Shown piece after piece: positions 1-9,213 of a stretch of DNA of 64,000 nt. Source of the stretch: Minisyncoccota bacterium (lineage in GTDB: Bacteria; Patescibacteriota; Minisyncoccia; UBA6257; 2-01-FULL-56-20); assembly GCA_035541435.1 (NCBI GenBank), contig DATKNL010000010.1:30250-94249 (forward strand), written 5' to 3'. Each line of letters starts with the position of its first letter. The stretch's first letter is position 1. The position numbers and the translations under genes were made by a program. The notes below the pieces were generated by a model, which was not told the origin of the DNA, did not search any database, and worked only from the letters and a program-made list of their open reading frames with translations.

Positions 1-689
1 TTCATCACCTCGCGCTCGACGGCGCCGTCCTTCAGGTAATAGACGCGGTGCGCGTAGGGCAGGAGCTTCGCGTCGTGCGTGACGAGGATGACCGTCTTCT
101 GGTCCTTCATGTTGATCTCCTCGAGCGTGCCCATGACCTGGTCCGACGAGATGCTGTCGAGGTTGCCGACCGGCTCGTCGGCGAACAGGATCTCGGGGTC
201 GTTCACGAGCGACCGCGCGACGGCCACGCGCTGCATCTGTCCGCCCGACAGGTTCGTGCCGAGCTTGTGCGCGTGCTGGTCGACGCCGAACCGCTTGAGG
301 AGCGCCATCGCCTGCTTGTCGCGCTCGCTCTTCGAAAGGCCGGCGAAGATGAGCGGCAGCGCGACGTTGTCGAGCACGGTGAGCGACGGGATGAGGTTGA
401 ACGACTGATAGATGATGCCGACCGTGCTCTGCTGGAACTTCACCATCTGCCGCCAGTCGTACTTATAGGGGTTCTCGCCCTTGATGAGCACCTCGCCCGA
501 CGACGGCGCCAGGATGCCGAGCAGCGAATAGAGCAGCGTCGACTTGCCGCAGCCCGACGGGCCGAACAGGATGATATACTCGCGCGGATAGATCTCGAGG
601 CTTTCGCCGCGGAGGGCGTAATATTCGTTCGCCTTCCCCTCGTTATAGACGATCTTTAAATTGTTGACGCGGATGATGGGCTCGATCAT
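1..689 (-). CDS. ABC transporter ATP-binding protein (MacB/LolD/FtsE-like), 3' end runs off window start
   Basis: Minus-strand ATG (revcomp of 687-689) gives MIEPIIRVNNLKIVY...ILFGPSGCGKSTLL (Walker A)...LSGGQMQRVAVARSLVNDPEILFADEPVGNLD (ABC signature and Walker B)...VILVTHD (H-loop). Absent from the ORF track because no stop codon falls inside the window. Confidence 0.85.
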   Translation of the reverse strand, partial: MIEPIIRVNNLKIVYNEGKANEYYALRGESLEIYPREYIILFGPSGCGKSTLLYSLLGILAPSSGEVLIKGENPYKYDWRQMVKFQQSTVGIIYQSFNLIPSLTVLDNVALPLIFAGLSKSERDKQAMALLKRFGVDQHAHKLGTNLSGGQMQRVAVARSLVNDPEILFADEPVGNLDSISSDQVMGTLEEINMKDQKTVILVTHDAKLLPYAHRVYYLKDGAVEREVM

Positions 690-693
690 GGCA

Positions 694-2172
694 TTATTTC
701 TTCTTGCCGCCGGCGGCGTTCAGCCAGCCGAACGTCCCTTGGAAGTTGTCGAGGATGATGTCGACGATGCTCTTCTGCTGCTCGGGCGTGAGGAGCACGA
801 AATCCTCGGAGCTCGTCGTGTTGCCGTCGACGTCGGTGCAGGTCACCCAGTACTTATAGACGGTCGCCGGCGCGAAGTTCGTGATCACGCTCACGTGCTT
901 CGTGAGCGGCGCGCTTTCGGGCGACGACGTCACGCTGCCCGCATCCTTCTTCACGACGCCCTCGATATAGGACAGGTAGCAGGTCGCCGGGACGTCGGTC
1001 ATCCACGAGACGACCGTCTGCACGGTCGTGTCCTGGCCGGGATAGAGCGTCGAGTCGTTGTTCACCTGCGAGATGACCGGCGGGAAGATGTTCTTCGTCG
1101 TCACGAAATAGATCGGGTCGCTCACCACGCGGTCGCCCGCCTGGTTCTCGGCCGTCACGACCGCGGAATAGCGCGTCTGGAAGGTGAGGTTCGTGAGCTG
1201 CAGGATGTGCGTCACGAGGAAGGACGGGTCGCCGGTCGAGAGCGCCTTGCGGTTCGCCATGTTGGTATAGGTCACCGTTCCGGCCGACGGCACCGGCGTC
1301 CCCCAGCTGATCGTCGCCTCGTGCTCGCCGACCTTCACGACGTGCGGGTTGATGATCTGCGGCAGGACCGACTTCGTCGTGAACGTAAGGTCGCCGCTCT
1401 CGCCCGCCGATCCGATCGGGCCCTTCGAGGCCACCTTGTAATGGTATTGCGTCGCGGGCGACAGGCCATAGAGCGTAACCGTATGCGTCTTCGTGCTCGC
1501 GTTCGGGTCCTGCTCCTCGCGGGCATAGGGATTCGACGCAGCGGAATTGTACTCCGCCGCCGAAGCGACGAAGACCTCGCCGTCGGCATCCTGGTCGGTC
1601 GTCCAGCTCACCGTCGCCTGGTCCGTCTGGATGTCGATCTGCGGATTGCCGAGGATCTCGGGCGGCCCGATCTCCTTTTCGGCCTGCGCGTTCAGGGCCT
1701 GGGCGACCGTCTGGAGCGCCGTCGGGCTCGTGATCTGCTGGATCGCCGCGATGCTCTTCTCAGCGAGCTGCTGCTGCTGCGGATTCGTGATCTTCGAAAG
1801 GTCGACCGTGCTCGAGGTCGTGAACGTATAGTCGCCCGATACCTGCTGGTTGCCATCGGCGTCGGTCGAGCGGATGCGATAGAAATAGGTCGTCGCCGGA
1901 TCGAGGCCGAGCACCGTGATGGAGTGCGTCTTCGCGGGCGGCTCCTCGTTGCGGATGCCGCAATAGTTCGTGTCGAGGCTCACGTCGATGTCGCTGTCGG
2001 TCTTCGTGTTCGTCGTCCAGGTGATGACGCTCGACGTCGGCGTGAGCTCGGTCACGGCGACGTCCGAGACCGTCGGCGCCGCCGTCTGCGCGAACGCGCG
2101 CCCGATCGCGTGCGCCGCGACAAGGAGCGCCCCCACGAGGATCATAAGGCCGGCAACACGACGAGCACGCAT
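694..2172 (-). CDS. Secreted protein with four fibronectin type III-like repeats
   Basis: Track ORF 694..2367. Real start judged to be the internal ATG at 2172 (MRARRVAGLMILVGALLVAAHA signal peptide, AGGG 6 nt upstream). The longer start would overlap the upstream gene by about 170 bp. Four ~95-aa repeats of type ...TWTTNTKTD...TTYFYRIRSTDADGN / TVSWTTDQDADG...TQYHYKV / TISWGTPVPS...TRYSAVV / VVSWMTDVPA...TVYKYWVTCTDVDGN. Confidence 0.7.
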   Translation of the reverse strand: MRARRVAGLMILVGALLVAAHAIGRAFAQTAAPTVSDVAVTELTPTSSVITWTTNTKTDSDIDVSLDTNYCGIRNEEPPAKTHSITVLGLDPATTYFYRIRSTDADGNQQVSGDYTFTTSSTVDLSKITNPQQQQLAEKSIAAIQQITSPTALQTVAQALNAQAEKEIGPPEILGNPQIDIQTDQATVSWTTDQDADGEVFVASAAEYNSAASNPYAREEQDPNASTKTHTVTLYGLSPATQYHYKVASKGPIGSAGESGDLTFTTKSVLPQIINPHVVKVGEHEATISWGTPVPSAGTVTYTNMANRKALSTGDPSFLVTHILQLTNLTFQTRYSAVVTAENQAGDRVVSDPIYFVTTKNIFPPVISQVNNDSTLYPGQDTTVQTVVSWMTDVPATCYLSYIEGVVKKDAGSVTSSPESAPLTKHVSVITNFAPATVYKYWVTCTDVDGNTTSSEDFVLLTPEQQKSIVDIILDNFQGTFGWLNAAGGKKK

Positions 2173-2194
2173 TATCCCTATTGTATCACGCACC

Positions 2195-4789
2195 CTAGGG
2201 CCACGGCAGCGAATTGACCACGCCGACGAACGAGTTGCCGCCGGTATAGGTGGTCGCCATCTGTCCCGACGGGATCGCGATCCCCCAATAGAACGCGGAC
2301 GTCTGCGCGACCGCGGTCGACGTCGGCTTCGGCAGGTTGATCGCGACGGTCGATCCGGGATTCGCAAGGAGCGTCGTGCCCGACGCGTACGGGACCGACG
2401 CCGTCGCGAAGTGCTGCTGCCCGACGGGGATGCTGAACGAGCCGCTCGTCATGTTCGTGCCATAGACGCGCACGTTCATCGACGTGTTGCCGGTCGCCTT
2501 GATGGTCGCCGTCGCGGTGAGCGTTGACATGCTCTGCCCGGTGATGAAGCTTCCGTAATTGATCGTCGACGTGGTCTCGAAGGCGAGGAGCGAAAGGAGC
2601 GGTACGCCGCTCGACGTCGCCACGGCCCCGGTTCCCACCGTGTCCGTCGCGTCGATGAGCGTGCTCCACGAATCGCCCGCCCACGGCGTCCCCGAATCGG
2701 TCGGCTGCGCGAAGTACCAGAGCGGATAGTCGCACTCGACCGTGCACGAGTTGCCGGCGCACGAGTCGATCGCGCAGTTCGATCCGCTGCCGACGTAGCA
2801 GTTGTTGTTGTCAGCCGCACAGTTCGGACCGAGGCTCGTGCGATAGGCGACGCCGGTGATCGAATAGATGTCGGCCGAACCGTTCGAGTCGGTCACCGTG
2901 CCGGTCGCGACGATGGTGGTCGTCGTCCCCTCGATGAGCGTGATGCTCGCGCCATGGTTCAGCGACACGTTCGTGACGGTCGGCGCCGCGTCGACCTGGG
3001 TCTCGACGACGTTCGTATAGGAATCGAGCAGGCTCCCGTCTCCCTTCACGACCCTGAAACAGAAGGTCTGTCCGGCCGACCCGCTGTTGTTGATCAGCGA
3101 AAAGTCCCACTTGCCGTCCTGGTTCGCGAAGATCTTCGCGGTGTCGTTCGAGAACGGGTTCTGCTCTATATAGGTCTCATTGTCGATGACATTCGTGCCG
3201 TCCGTCGGATCCTGGGCGTTCGCGGTGAGCGCCGCGCCGTTCGCCGGCGTCGGGTTGTTATAAAAGCTGACCGCGCTCGAGGTCGCCGTCCCCACGTCGG
3301 CATAGGTCTCGCCCGAGAATCCCGTGTCGCACCCGCCCGCCGTGCTCGTCGCATATTGCAGCTTGAACGACTGGCCGCTGATGTCGATGCCGGTGCCGGC
3401 GACCGAGACGAGCACGCGCAGGCGGAACGGCTTGCCGGCAAGCGGGACGAGCGAGGTCGCGTTCTGCGTATCGAACGGCGTCCCGACCTGAGTGCCGTCG
3501 AGGTCCTGAAAGACGCGGTAGCCGGCCTCGGTGAACGTGTTCGGCGTGAAGACCGTGATCGTCGTGCCGTTCAGCGAATCGGCGTTCACGTCGACCCAGG
3601 TCGCATAGAGGCGGTACTGCGACATGCCGTCGATGCGGGCGCCATAGATGTTCGTCGTCGTCTGGTTGACCGGACCCTGCCGCGCTCCCCACGCGCTCAT
3701 GCTGGTGCTCGTCGAGATCTTGTAATAGACGTTCGCGGTGTTCGCCGTGCCGGGCGTCGTGCGGCCGCTATAGACGACGTAGACGTTCCCCGTGTTGAGG
3801 TCCAGGCCGATCTTCGCGCCGGTGAGGCCGAGCGTCGAACTCGTCTCGACGTCGGAGTCGCGCGTCCACGTGCTCGACGCCGGCGAATAGGTCCAGGTGC
3901 GGATCGCGCCCGTTCCCGCCGAGAGCGTCGCGACGTTGCAGGCCGACGCCATATAGATGAAGTTCGTCGAGTGGTTGACGGCCGTGCCGAAATGGCCGTC
4001 ATAGGTCGTATTCGGCGGGCAGTTGCTGTCGATCGTCGCCCAGCCGGCATCCCAGGTCGACGAGGCCACGTGCCACACCTTCGATTCGAGCAGGTTGCTC
4101 GCGATCACGAACCGGATGTTGAGGATGTTGCCGCTCGGCAGCGGGTTCAGGATCATCCAGTCGTTCGCGTTCGTCCCCCACGTGGTCGACGTTCCGACCT
4201 CGAGCCAGGTGCTTGTCGTCGTGCAGTTCGTCGAGCACGAGAGCACGTACGAATCCGCGGAGTTATAGACGCCCGCATACAGCCGCCCGTTCGTCCCCTC
4301 GGTCAGGGCGTCGACGGTCGCGCCGGCCGTGAAGGTTCCTCCTTGGGAAGCCGCCGAGATGTCGACAATCGATGTCAGCGTGTCGTTCGAGGTGTCGAGC
4401 CGGTCATACCAGAGGTCGTCGTTGCGGCTGTCGATCGTCGCGATGTGGACATAGGTGCCGGTCGAGTTGCCCGGCGTCCACCGGTCATACCAGACGGCGA
4501 CGCGGATGCAGGTCGTGTTCGGACCGACCGCCACCGCCGCGCTCCAGGTCGTGCCGCCGTCGGTCGTCTTCGAATAGACGCAGTTGTTCGACGAGTCGCG
4601 ATAAAAGGCATAGCCCGTCGAGCTCGTCGTGAAGACGTTCGTGAACGCCGTGCCGTTGTTCGAGTTGCTGTTCGTCGTGACGGCCGAGTCGATGACCGTC
4701 GAGGTCACCGCCCGCGCTCCATGCGGCAGGAACAGGCACAACGCACCGGCGAAGGCGGCGGCAAGGGCGATGAGGGTCGGTCGTCTCAT
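2195..4789 (-). CDS. Large secreted Asp-box (BNR)-containing protein, probable beta-propeller, sialidase-like fold
   Basis: 864-aa ORF with signal peptide MRRPTLIALAAAFAGALCLFLPHGARA. Asp-box motif SKTTDGGTTWS. Thr/Ser/Asn-rich, no TM; ends NSLPWP. Confidence 0.6.
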   Translation of the reverse strand: MRRPTLIALAAAFAGALCLFLPHGARAVTSTVIDSAVTTNSNSNNGTAFTNVFTTSSTGYAFYRDSSNNCVYSKTTDGGTTWSAAVAVGPNTTCIRVAVWYDRWTPGNSTGTYVHIATIDSRNDDLWYDRLDTSNDTLTSIVDISAASQGGTFTAGATVDALTEGTNGRLYAGVYNSADSYVLSCSTNCTTTSTWLEVGTSTTWGTNANDWMILNPLPSGNILNIRFVIASNLLESKVWHVASSTWDAGWATIDSNCPPNTTYDGHFGTAVNHSTNFIYMASACNVATLSAGTGAIRTWTYSPASSTWTRDSDVETSSTLGLTGAKIGLDLNTGNVYVVYSGRTTPGTANTANVYYKISTSTSMSAWGARQGPVNQTTTNIYGARIDGMSQYRLYATWVDVNADSLNGTTITVFTPNTFTEAGYRVFQDLDGTQVGTPFDTQNATSLVPLAGKPFRLRVLVSVAGTGIDISGQSFKLQYATSTAGGCDTGFSGETYADVGTATSSAVSFYNNPTPANGAALTANAQDPTDGTNVIDNETYIEQNPFSNDTAKIFANQDGKWDFSLINNSGSAGQTFCFRVVKGDGSLLDSYTNVVETQVDAAPTVTNVSLNHGASITLIEGTTTTIVATGTVTDSNGSADIYSITGVAYRTSLGPNCAADNNNCYVGSGSNCAIDSCAGNSCTVECDYPLWYFAQPTDSGTPWAGDSWSTLIDATDTVGTGAVATSSGVPLLSLLAFETTSTINYGSFITGQSMSTLTATATIKATGNTSMNVRVYGTNMTSGSFSIPVGQQHFATASVPYASGTTLLANPGSTVAINLPKPTSTAVAQTSAFYWGIAIPSGQMATTYTGGNSFVGVVNSLPWP

Positions 4790-4846
4790 GATGAAGAAAG
4801 CCGAACGGGTCCGGTTTCTTCAATTATATCCCACGTTCGCGCACCC

Positions 4847-6772
4847 TTATTGCACAACGAGGTTCAGCTGGCACCCCGTCGAGCGGAGCGATGCGTCGTC
4901 CTGGCGTTCGCGATAGATGACGAGCAGGCTGTATGATCCGCGCGCCGCCCGCGCCGACGCCGAAAGCGTCGCCGTCACGGTGCTTGTCGCGTCGGTCACG
5001 GGGCCGGGCACAAGGGACGACGACACGCCGGGCGGAAGCGATCCGAGCCGCACGCTGTAGAGCGGATGCTGATAGCCGTTCGGCAGGGACGGCGCGGACG
5101 CGCCGGGCTTCACCGTCGTGGACGGCGTCGTGAGCCCCGAAAAGAGCTCGATGGCATAGCTCGCGCTCGTGCCGCGCGCGACCGTCTGCGAGAACGGCGC
5201 GGCGACGCACTGCTGGTGCGCCCCCTGCTGGAAGACGTCGGCCTGCGGGATGGCGGGCTGCTGCAGGATGTCCTGCGGCGGAATGTCGGTGGCGGTCGTG
5301 TCCGGCTGCCCCGTCGCATCCGGCGATGACGCGGCGGTGTCGGCCGCAACCGACCCGTCGGCCGCCGACGATTGATCGGCGGGCGGCGTGATCGTCGTCG
5401 TCCCTTCGGGCGTGTCGACATAGGAAACCTCGACGCCGGCCGCATCAAGATAGACCTTCGGCGCGTCGGACGTGCCAAGCCCCACGAACGCGACCTGCAG
5501 GTGCGCGAGCTCGTCCCACGACGAGATCGGGATCGGATAGCGTCCCGACTGCCAGTTGTCGTCGTGGATGTTCACGAGGGGCTGCCAGGTCGTGCCATCC
5601 GTCGAATAGACGAGGCCGAGGAAGTCGCCCGGCGTGCTCGACGGCAGGATGATGTTCTGGAATACCGACGTGTTCACGGTGATGGGCGCGGGCGGCGTCG
5701 CGGTCGTCGGAACCCCTTCGGTCGTCGTCGCCATGAGCGCCGTCGACGAATCGGCCACGGCGGCGGCGCTCGTCGCATCGGCGTACGCCTTTTGGGGCAT
5801 CAGTTCGAAAAGCCACGACGTTGGCGACGAAGGTGGCGGCGGGGTTGCGTCGGGCGCAGGCGTAGCGGGCGCGGGTGTCGGCACCGGCGTCGGTTCGGGC
5901 GATGGCAAGGGCGTCGGCTCCGGTGCGGGCGCAGGCGGAGGAGGCGTTTCCGAAGATGATGACGACACGGTATCCGACGATGGTGCGATCAAAGGAGCAG
6001 ATGCATCGGTGGACGAAGCGGTGCCGCCATCGGACGCGGGCGCCGCAGGCGAAGGCGAGGTCGACGTCGCACCGTCGGATGGCGCAGGGACCGTCGACGT
6101 GGCCGCCGTCGACGAAGCCGCATCGTCGGTGCTCGAAGCCGCCGTCACGTCGGACGTCGAAACCGGTGCCGCCGAAGCGCCACCGCCCCCTCCTCCGCTC
6201 GCGGGCGCGGCCTGGGGCAGGTCGACATACCACGAGAGCACGAGCGTGGCGGATTGGAAGTTCTTTCCCGCGAGGTCGCTGATCGGGACGTCACCCGAAA
6301 AGTTGCCGCAGAACATCTGCTGCGTCCCGGTCGAAAAGACGGCCGAATTGAGCCCGGTGAACGACGAGCCGGGCGATCCCGCGGCGACCTCGGGCCTGCC
6401 GAGCGCATTCTGCACGTTGTCCCAGCTGCCAAGGCACGATGACGGATAGAAATCGACGGTCGTCGCGAATCCCACGAGCAGGAACCGCACGAAAAGCCCC
6501 AATATGAAAACGGCGGCGAACGCGATGAGCGGCCGGCGGTACGTCACGGCGAACTTCTTCGCCGCGCGGCGGCTCACCTCGAACTCGACATGCAGGATCA
6601 GCTCACGGAGCATCACGGTCTTCGGCGCCGCACCGGTCCTGATGTCGATAAGGTGCGAGTCGGGACGGCGGCCGCGCTTGCGGCGCGAGAGCGCGAGCGC
6701 GCGGTCCCGAAGCGTCCGCACGCGGGCCGCAAGGCGTTCCTTCACCCGGGCGATCCGTTCCCGCATGGTCAC
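4847..6772 (-). CDS. Membrane-anchored protein with long Pro/Thr/Ser/Ala-rich low-complexity linker
   Basis: 641-aa ORF. Basic N-terminus then one TM (LIAFAAVFILGLFVRFLLVGFA). PAPEPTPLPSPEPTPVPTPAPATPAPDATPPPP linker and Ala/Ser/Thr tracts. 4-bp overlap with the upstream gene at 6769-6772. Confidence 0.55.
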   Translation of the reverse strand: MTMRERIARVKERLAARVRTLRDRALALSRRKRGRRPDSHLIDIRTGAAPKTVMLRELILHVEFEVSRRAAKKFAVTYRRPLIAFAAVFILGLFVRFLLVGFATTVDFYPSSCLGSWDNVQNALGRPEVAAGSPGSSFTGLNSAVFSTGTQQMFCGNFSGDVPISDLAGKNFQSATLVLSWYVDLPQAAPASGGGGGGASAAPVSTSDVTAASSTDDAASSTAATSTVPAPSDGATSTSPSPAAPASDGGTASSTDASAPLIAPSSDTVSSSSSETPPPPAPAPEPTPLPSPEPTPVPTPAPATPAPDATPPPPSSPTSWLFELMPQKAYADATSAAAVADSSTALMATTTEGVPTTATPPAPITVNTSVFQNIILPSSTPGDFLGLVYSTDGTTWQPLVNIHDDNWQSGRYPIPISSWDELAHLQVAFVGLGTSDAPKVYLDAAGVEVSYVDTPEGTTTITPPADQSSAADGSVAADTAASSPDATGQPDTTATDIPPQDILQQPAIPQADVFQQGAHQQCVAAPFSQTVARGTSASYAIELFSGLTTPSTTVKPGASAPSLPNGYQHPLYSVRLGSLPPGVSSSLVPGPVTDATSTVTATLSASARAARGSYSLLVIYRERQDDASLRSTGCQLNLVVQ

Positions 6773-8601
6773 TCCGAGGCAAGCGCCTTATCGACGTCGT
6801 CGATCTCTTTCTGGATGGTCGTTTCGGAAATCGCGAGCGCGTTGCGCATGGTGTCGAGCACGCGTTCGGGTTCGAGCCGCTGCTCGCCCTGCGCCTGAAG
6901 CGCCCCGCCCTCCATGTGGCTAATCTGGTCGTCGACTTCCTCGCGGAGCGTCTCGAAGACCACCCGGGTCTTCACGCGCGCTTCGGCGTTCTCGCGTTTC
7001 GCCAGCGCGACCTGGATGTCGAGGATCTTCTTCTTATAGAAGCCGAAGGTCACGAGGCCGCTGATCACGGCGACGAGGAGCACGATGAGCGCCCAGCCGA
7101 AGCGGTCGAGGAACGGCGCGGGAATCACGTCCATGAACGCCTTGGCGGTCGTGCTCGCGAACGCGCCCTGCGTGGTGACCATCGAGACGACGAGCGTGTA
7201 CTTGCCGGTCGAGAGGCCGCTCTCGACGGCATAGAGCCAGTGGCCGGTCTCGTCGGCGGTCATCTTGCCCTCGCTCATCACCTTGCCCGTGCCGTCGTTC
7301 ACGTCGACGGTCACGTTCGAGCCGCTATCGGCGACGCCCTCGAGGACGATCGGCGATTTCTCGATGACGGCCGCGGGGAAGTTCGTGATCTCAGGCTGGG
7401 AGACGCCCGATATGTCGAACTCGGCGTCGGCTTCGGTGCTGTTGCCCGCCTTGTCGACCGCGAGGACCGCGACCGTGTGCTTGCCCGGCAGGAGCGGCGC
7501 CGCGGTATAGGCGCCGTTCTTCACGTCGGACAGGGCGACCGTCGTCGAGGCCGTCCCATCGAACACCACGAGGTAATGATCGATGCCCGAAACCGTGTCA
7601 GTCGCATTGAAGAGCAGGACGGTGCGTCCGGAGATGCCGGCACCGGGCTGCGCGGTCACCGTAAAGGGCTGCGGCGGCGTCACGTCGATCTGCACCTGCA
7701 TGGTGACCGGGTCGCTCCAGTTGCCCAGAGCGTCCTCGAACCGGACATGGAAATAGGACAGGCCCTCGGCGACGTTCGAATACTGCTTCGACGAGATGAG
7801 GCCCTGCGATGTCCGCTTCGGATAGGTCGACGGGTTCGTGTCGAGCACCGCGTTCACGCCGGCGATGTCGGGGGTGAGCTGCCAGGTGAAGTTCGGATTC
7901 GCGCTCGCGTACCACTTCGTGGGATCAGGATGCGTAGGAGATGCGATCGTTACGCTCGGCGTGAAGCCGGAAGGAGCCGCGCCGCCCGCCGATCCGTCGC
8001 CGCCCGAGGAGCCGGCCGCAGCTCCAGACGAGCCGCCGCCGCCCGATGAACCGCCGGAGCCGCCGGACGAACCCTTCGACGATCCCGACGATGAACCGGC
8101 GCCGGCCGATCCGCTCACCGTGAACGATCCCTTCGTCGTTCCCGAAAGCACGTTCGTTCCCTGTCCGTCCGCCGCAAGCGCGTCAGCCGACGCGAACGCC
8201 AGATCGGTCGATCCCGCCTTGAGCGCCTTGAAGGTCACGTCGCAGATGTCGCCCGCGCTGCCGGTATAGGCTTCGGTACTGCCGCCGCTGAACGAAACCG
8301 ATCCGTCGGTGTTCGAAAACGACGGGTCCTTCACCCACAGGTTGAAGACCGAATTCCCCTTTGAAATGCTCTGCACCGCGAGCACGGTCGGGTCGAACGT
8401 CAGCTTGCCGTCCGCGGCGTTCACCCCGATGCCGCCGCCGCTGTCGAGCATGATGCTCACGGTGAACGTGCCGCCGACCGCATAGGTCCCGCTGGACGGC
8501 GTGACCGACATCGCGGCCGCGCCCGCGCCGAAGCTGCCCGCCGGGAAGGCGAGCGTCACAAGGCCGAACGCGGCAAGGGCGATGACGAGGCTATTTTTCA
8601 T
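6769..8601 (-). CDS. Surface protein with N-terminal cohesin-like domain, Gly/Ser linker, Ig-like region, C-terminal TM anchor and coiled-coil tail
   Basis: Track ORF 6769..8766. Start assigned to ATG at 8601 (MKNSLVIALAAFGLVTLAFPAGSFGA signal peptide). Cohesin-like module TFTVSIMLDSGGGIGVNAADGKLTFDPTVLAVQSISKGNSVFNLWV...DICDVTFKALKAGSTDLAF. GSSSGSSKGSSGGSGGSSGGGGSSG linker. C-terminal TM WALIVLLVAVISGLVTFGFYKKK, then a charged helical tail. Confidence 0.6.
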   Translation of the reverse strand: MKNSLVIALAAFGLVTLAFPAGSFGAGAAAMSVTPSSGTYAVGGTFTVSIMLDSGGGIGVNAADGKLTFDPTVLAVQSISKGNSVFNLWVKDPSFSNTDGSVSFSGGSTEAYTGSAGDICDVTFKALKAGSTDLAFASADALAADGQGTNVLSGTTKGSFTVSGSAGAGSSSGSSKGSSGGSGGSSGGGGSSGAAAGSSGGDGSAGGAAPSGFTPSVTIASPTHPDPTKWYASANPNFTWQLTPDIAGVNAVLDTNPSTYPKRTSQGLISSKQYSNVAEGLSYFHVRFEDALGNWSDPVTMQVQIDVTPPQPFTVTAQPGAGISGRTVLLFNATDTVSGIDHYLVVFDGTASTTVALSDVKNGAYTAAPLLPGKHTVAVLAVDKAGNSTEADAEFDISGVSQPEITNFPAAVIEKSPIVLEGVADSGSNVTVDVNDGTGKVMSEGKMTADETGHWLYAVESGLSTGKYTLVVSMVTTQGAFASTTAKAFMDVIPAPFLDRFGWALIVLLVAVISGLVTFGFYKKKILDIQVALAKRENAEARVKTRVVFETLREEVDDQISHMEGGALQAQGEQRLEPERVLDTMRNALAISETTIQKEIDDVDKALASE

Positions 8602-9184
8602 CCAGGGCTTTGACCGCCAGCTTTTTGCCGGCGCCGGGCTTCTTCGACGGCAGCACGACGACAAGCACGCCCTTCTCGGAAACGGCGCTCGCCTCGCTCG
8701 GATCGAACGCGGCGGGGAGATAGACTTTGCGATACAGGGTCCGCCATTTGATTTCCTGCTTGGCATAACGGCCCTTCTCGTCGTTGCCCTCGGGGGCGCC
8801 CGGGATGGGCGGGAGCGTCGGGCGCTTCTGCGTCACCTGGACGGTGACCGTGTTCGCCTCCTCGTCGATCACGAGATCGACGTCCTCTTTCGCGACGCCG
8901 CCGATCTGAAAGAAAAGCACCATGCGCGCATCGGATTGGAAGAGGTCGACATCGAGCGGCTCGGCGCCTTCGGGAAGCTGCTCCTTCGGCGGCTCCTGGG
9001 ATGCGGCCTGCGCGGCCGCGGCGTTCGCGTTCGCGGCGGCAGCCGGTGCGCCCGCGGGTGCGGGGACGGCGACGCGCTCGCCGGTTCCCTTGAACGAGAC
9101 GCTTTTCGCCGGCGCCTGCGCGGGTTCCGGCGGCGCGTCAACCTCGTTCAGCCTGCTCGACAGTTTTTGATAGAACGAAAGCAT
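8591..9184 (-). CDS. Hsp20/alpha-crystallin family small heat-shock protein
   Basis: 197 aa. Alpha-crystallin domain ...DVDLFQSDARMVLFFQIGGVAKEDVDLVIDEEANTVTVQV...YAKQEIKWRTLYRKVYLPAAFDPSEASAVSEKGVLVVVLPSKKP. Last 11 nt overlap the start of the cohesin gene. Confidence 0.8.
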   Translation of the reverse strand: MLSFYQKLSSRLNEVDAPPEPAQAPAKSVSFKGTGERVAVPAPAGAPAAAANANAAAAQAASQEPPKEQLPEGAEPLDVDLFQSDARMVLFFQIGGVAKEDVDLVIDEEANTVTVQVTQKRPTLPPIPGAPEGNDEKGRYAKQEIKWRTLYRKVYLPAAFDPSEASAVSEKGVLVVVLPSKKPGAGKKLAVKALDEK

Positions 9185-9213
9185 ACCCGTGATACCTTAA
9201 GTATATCAGATCG

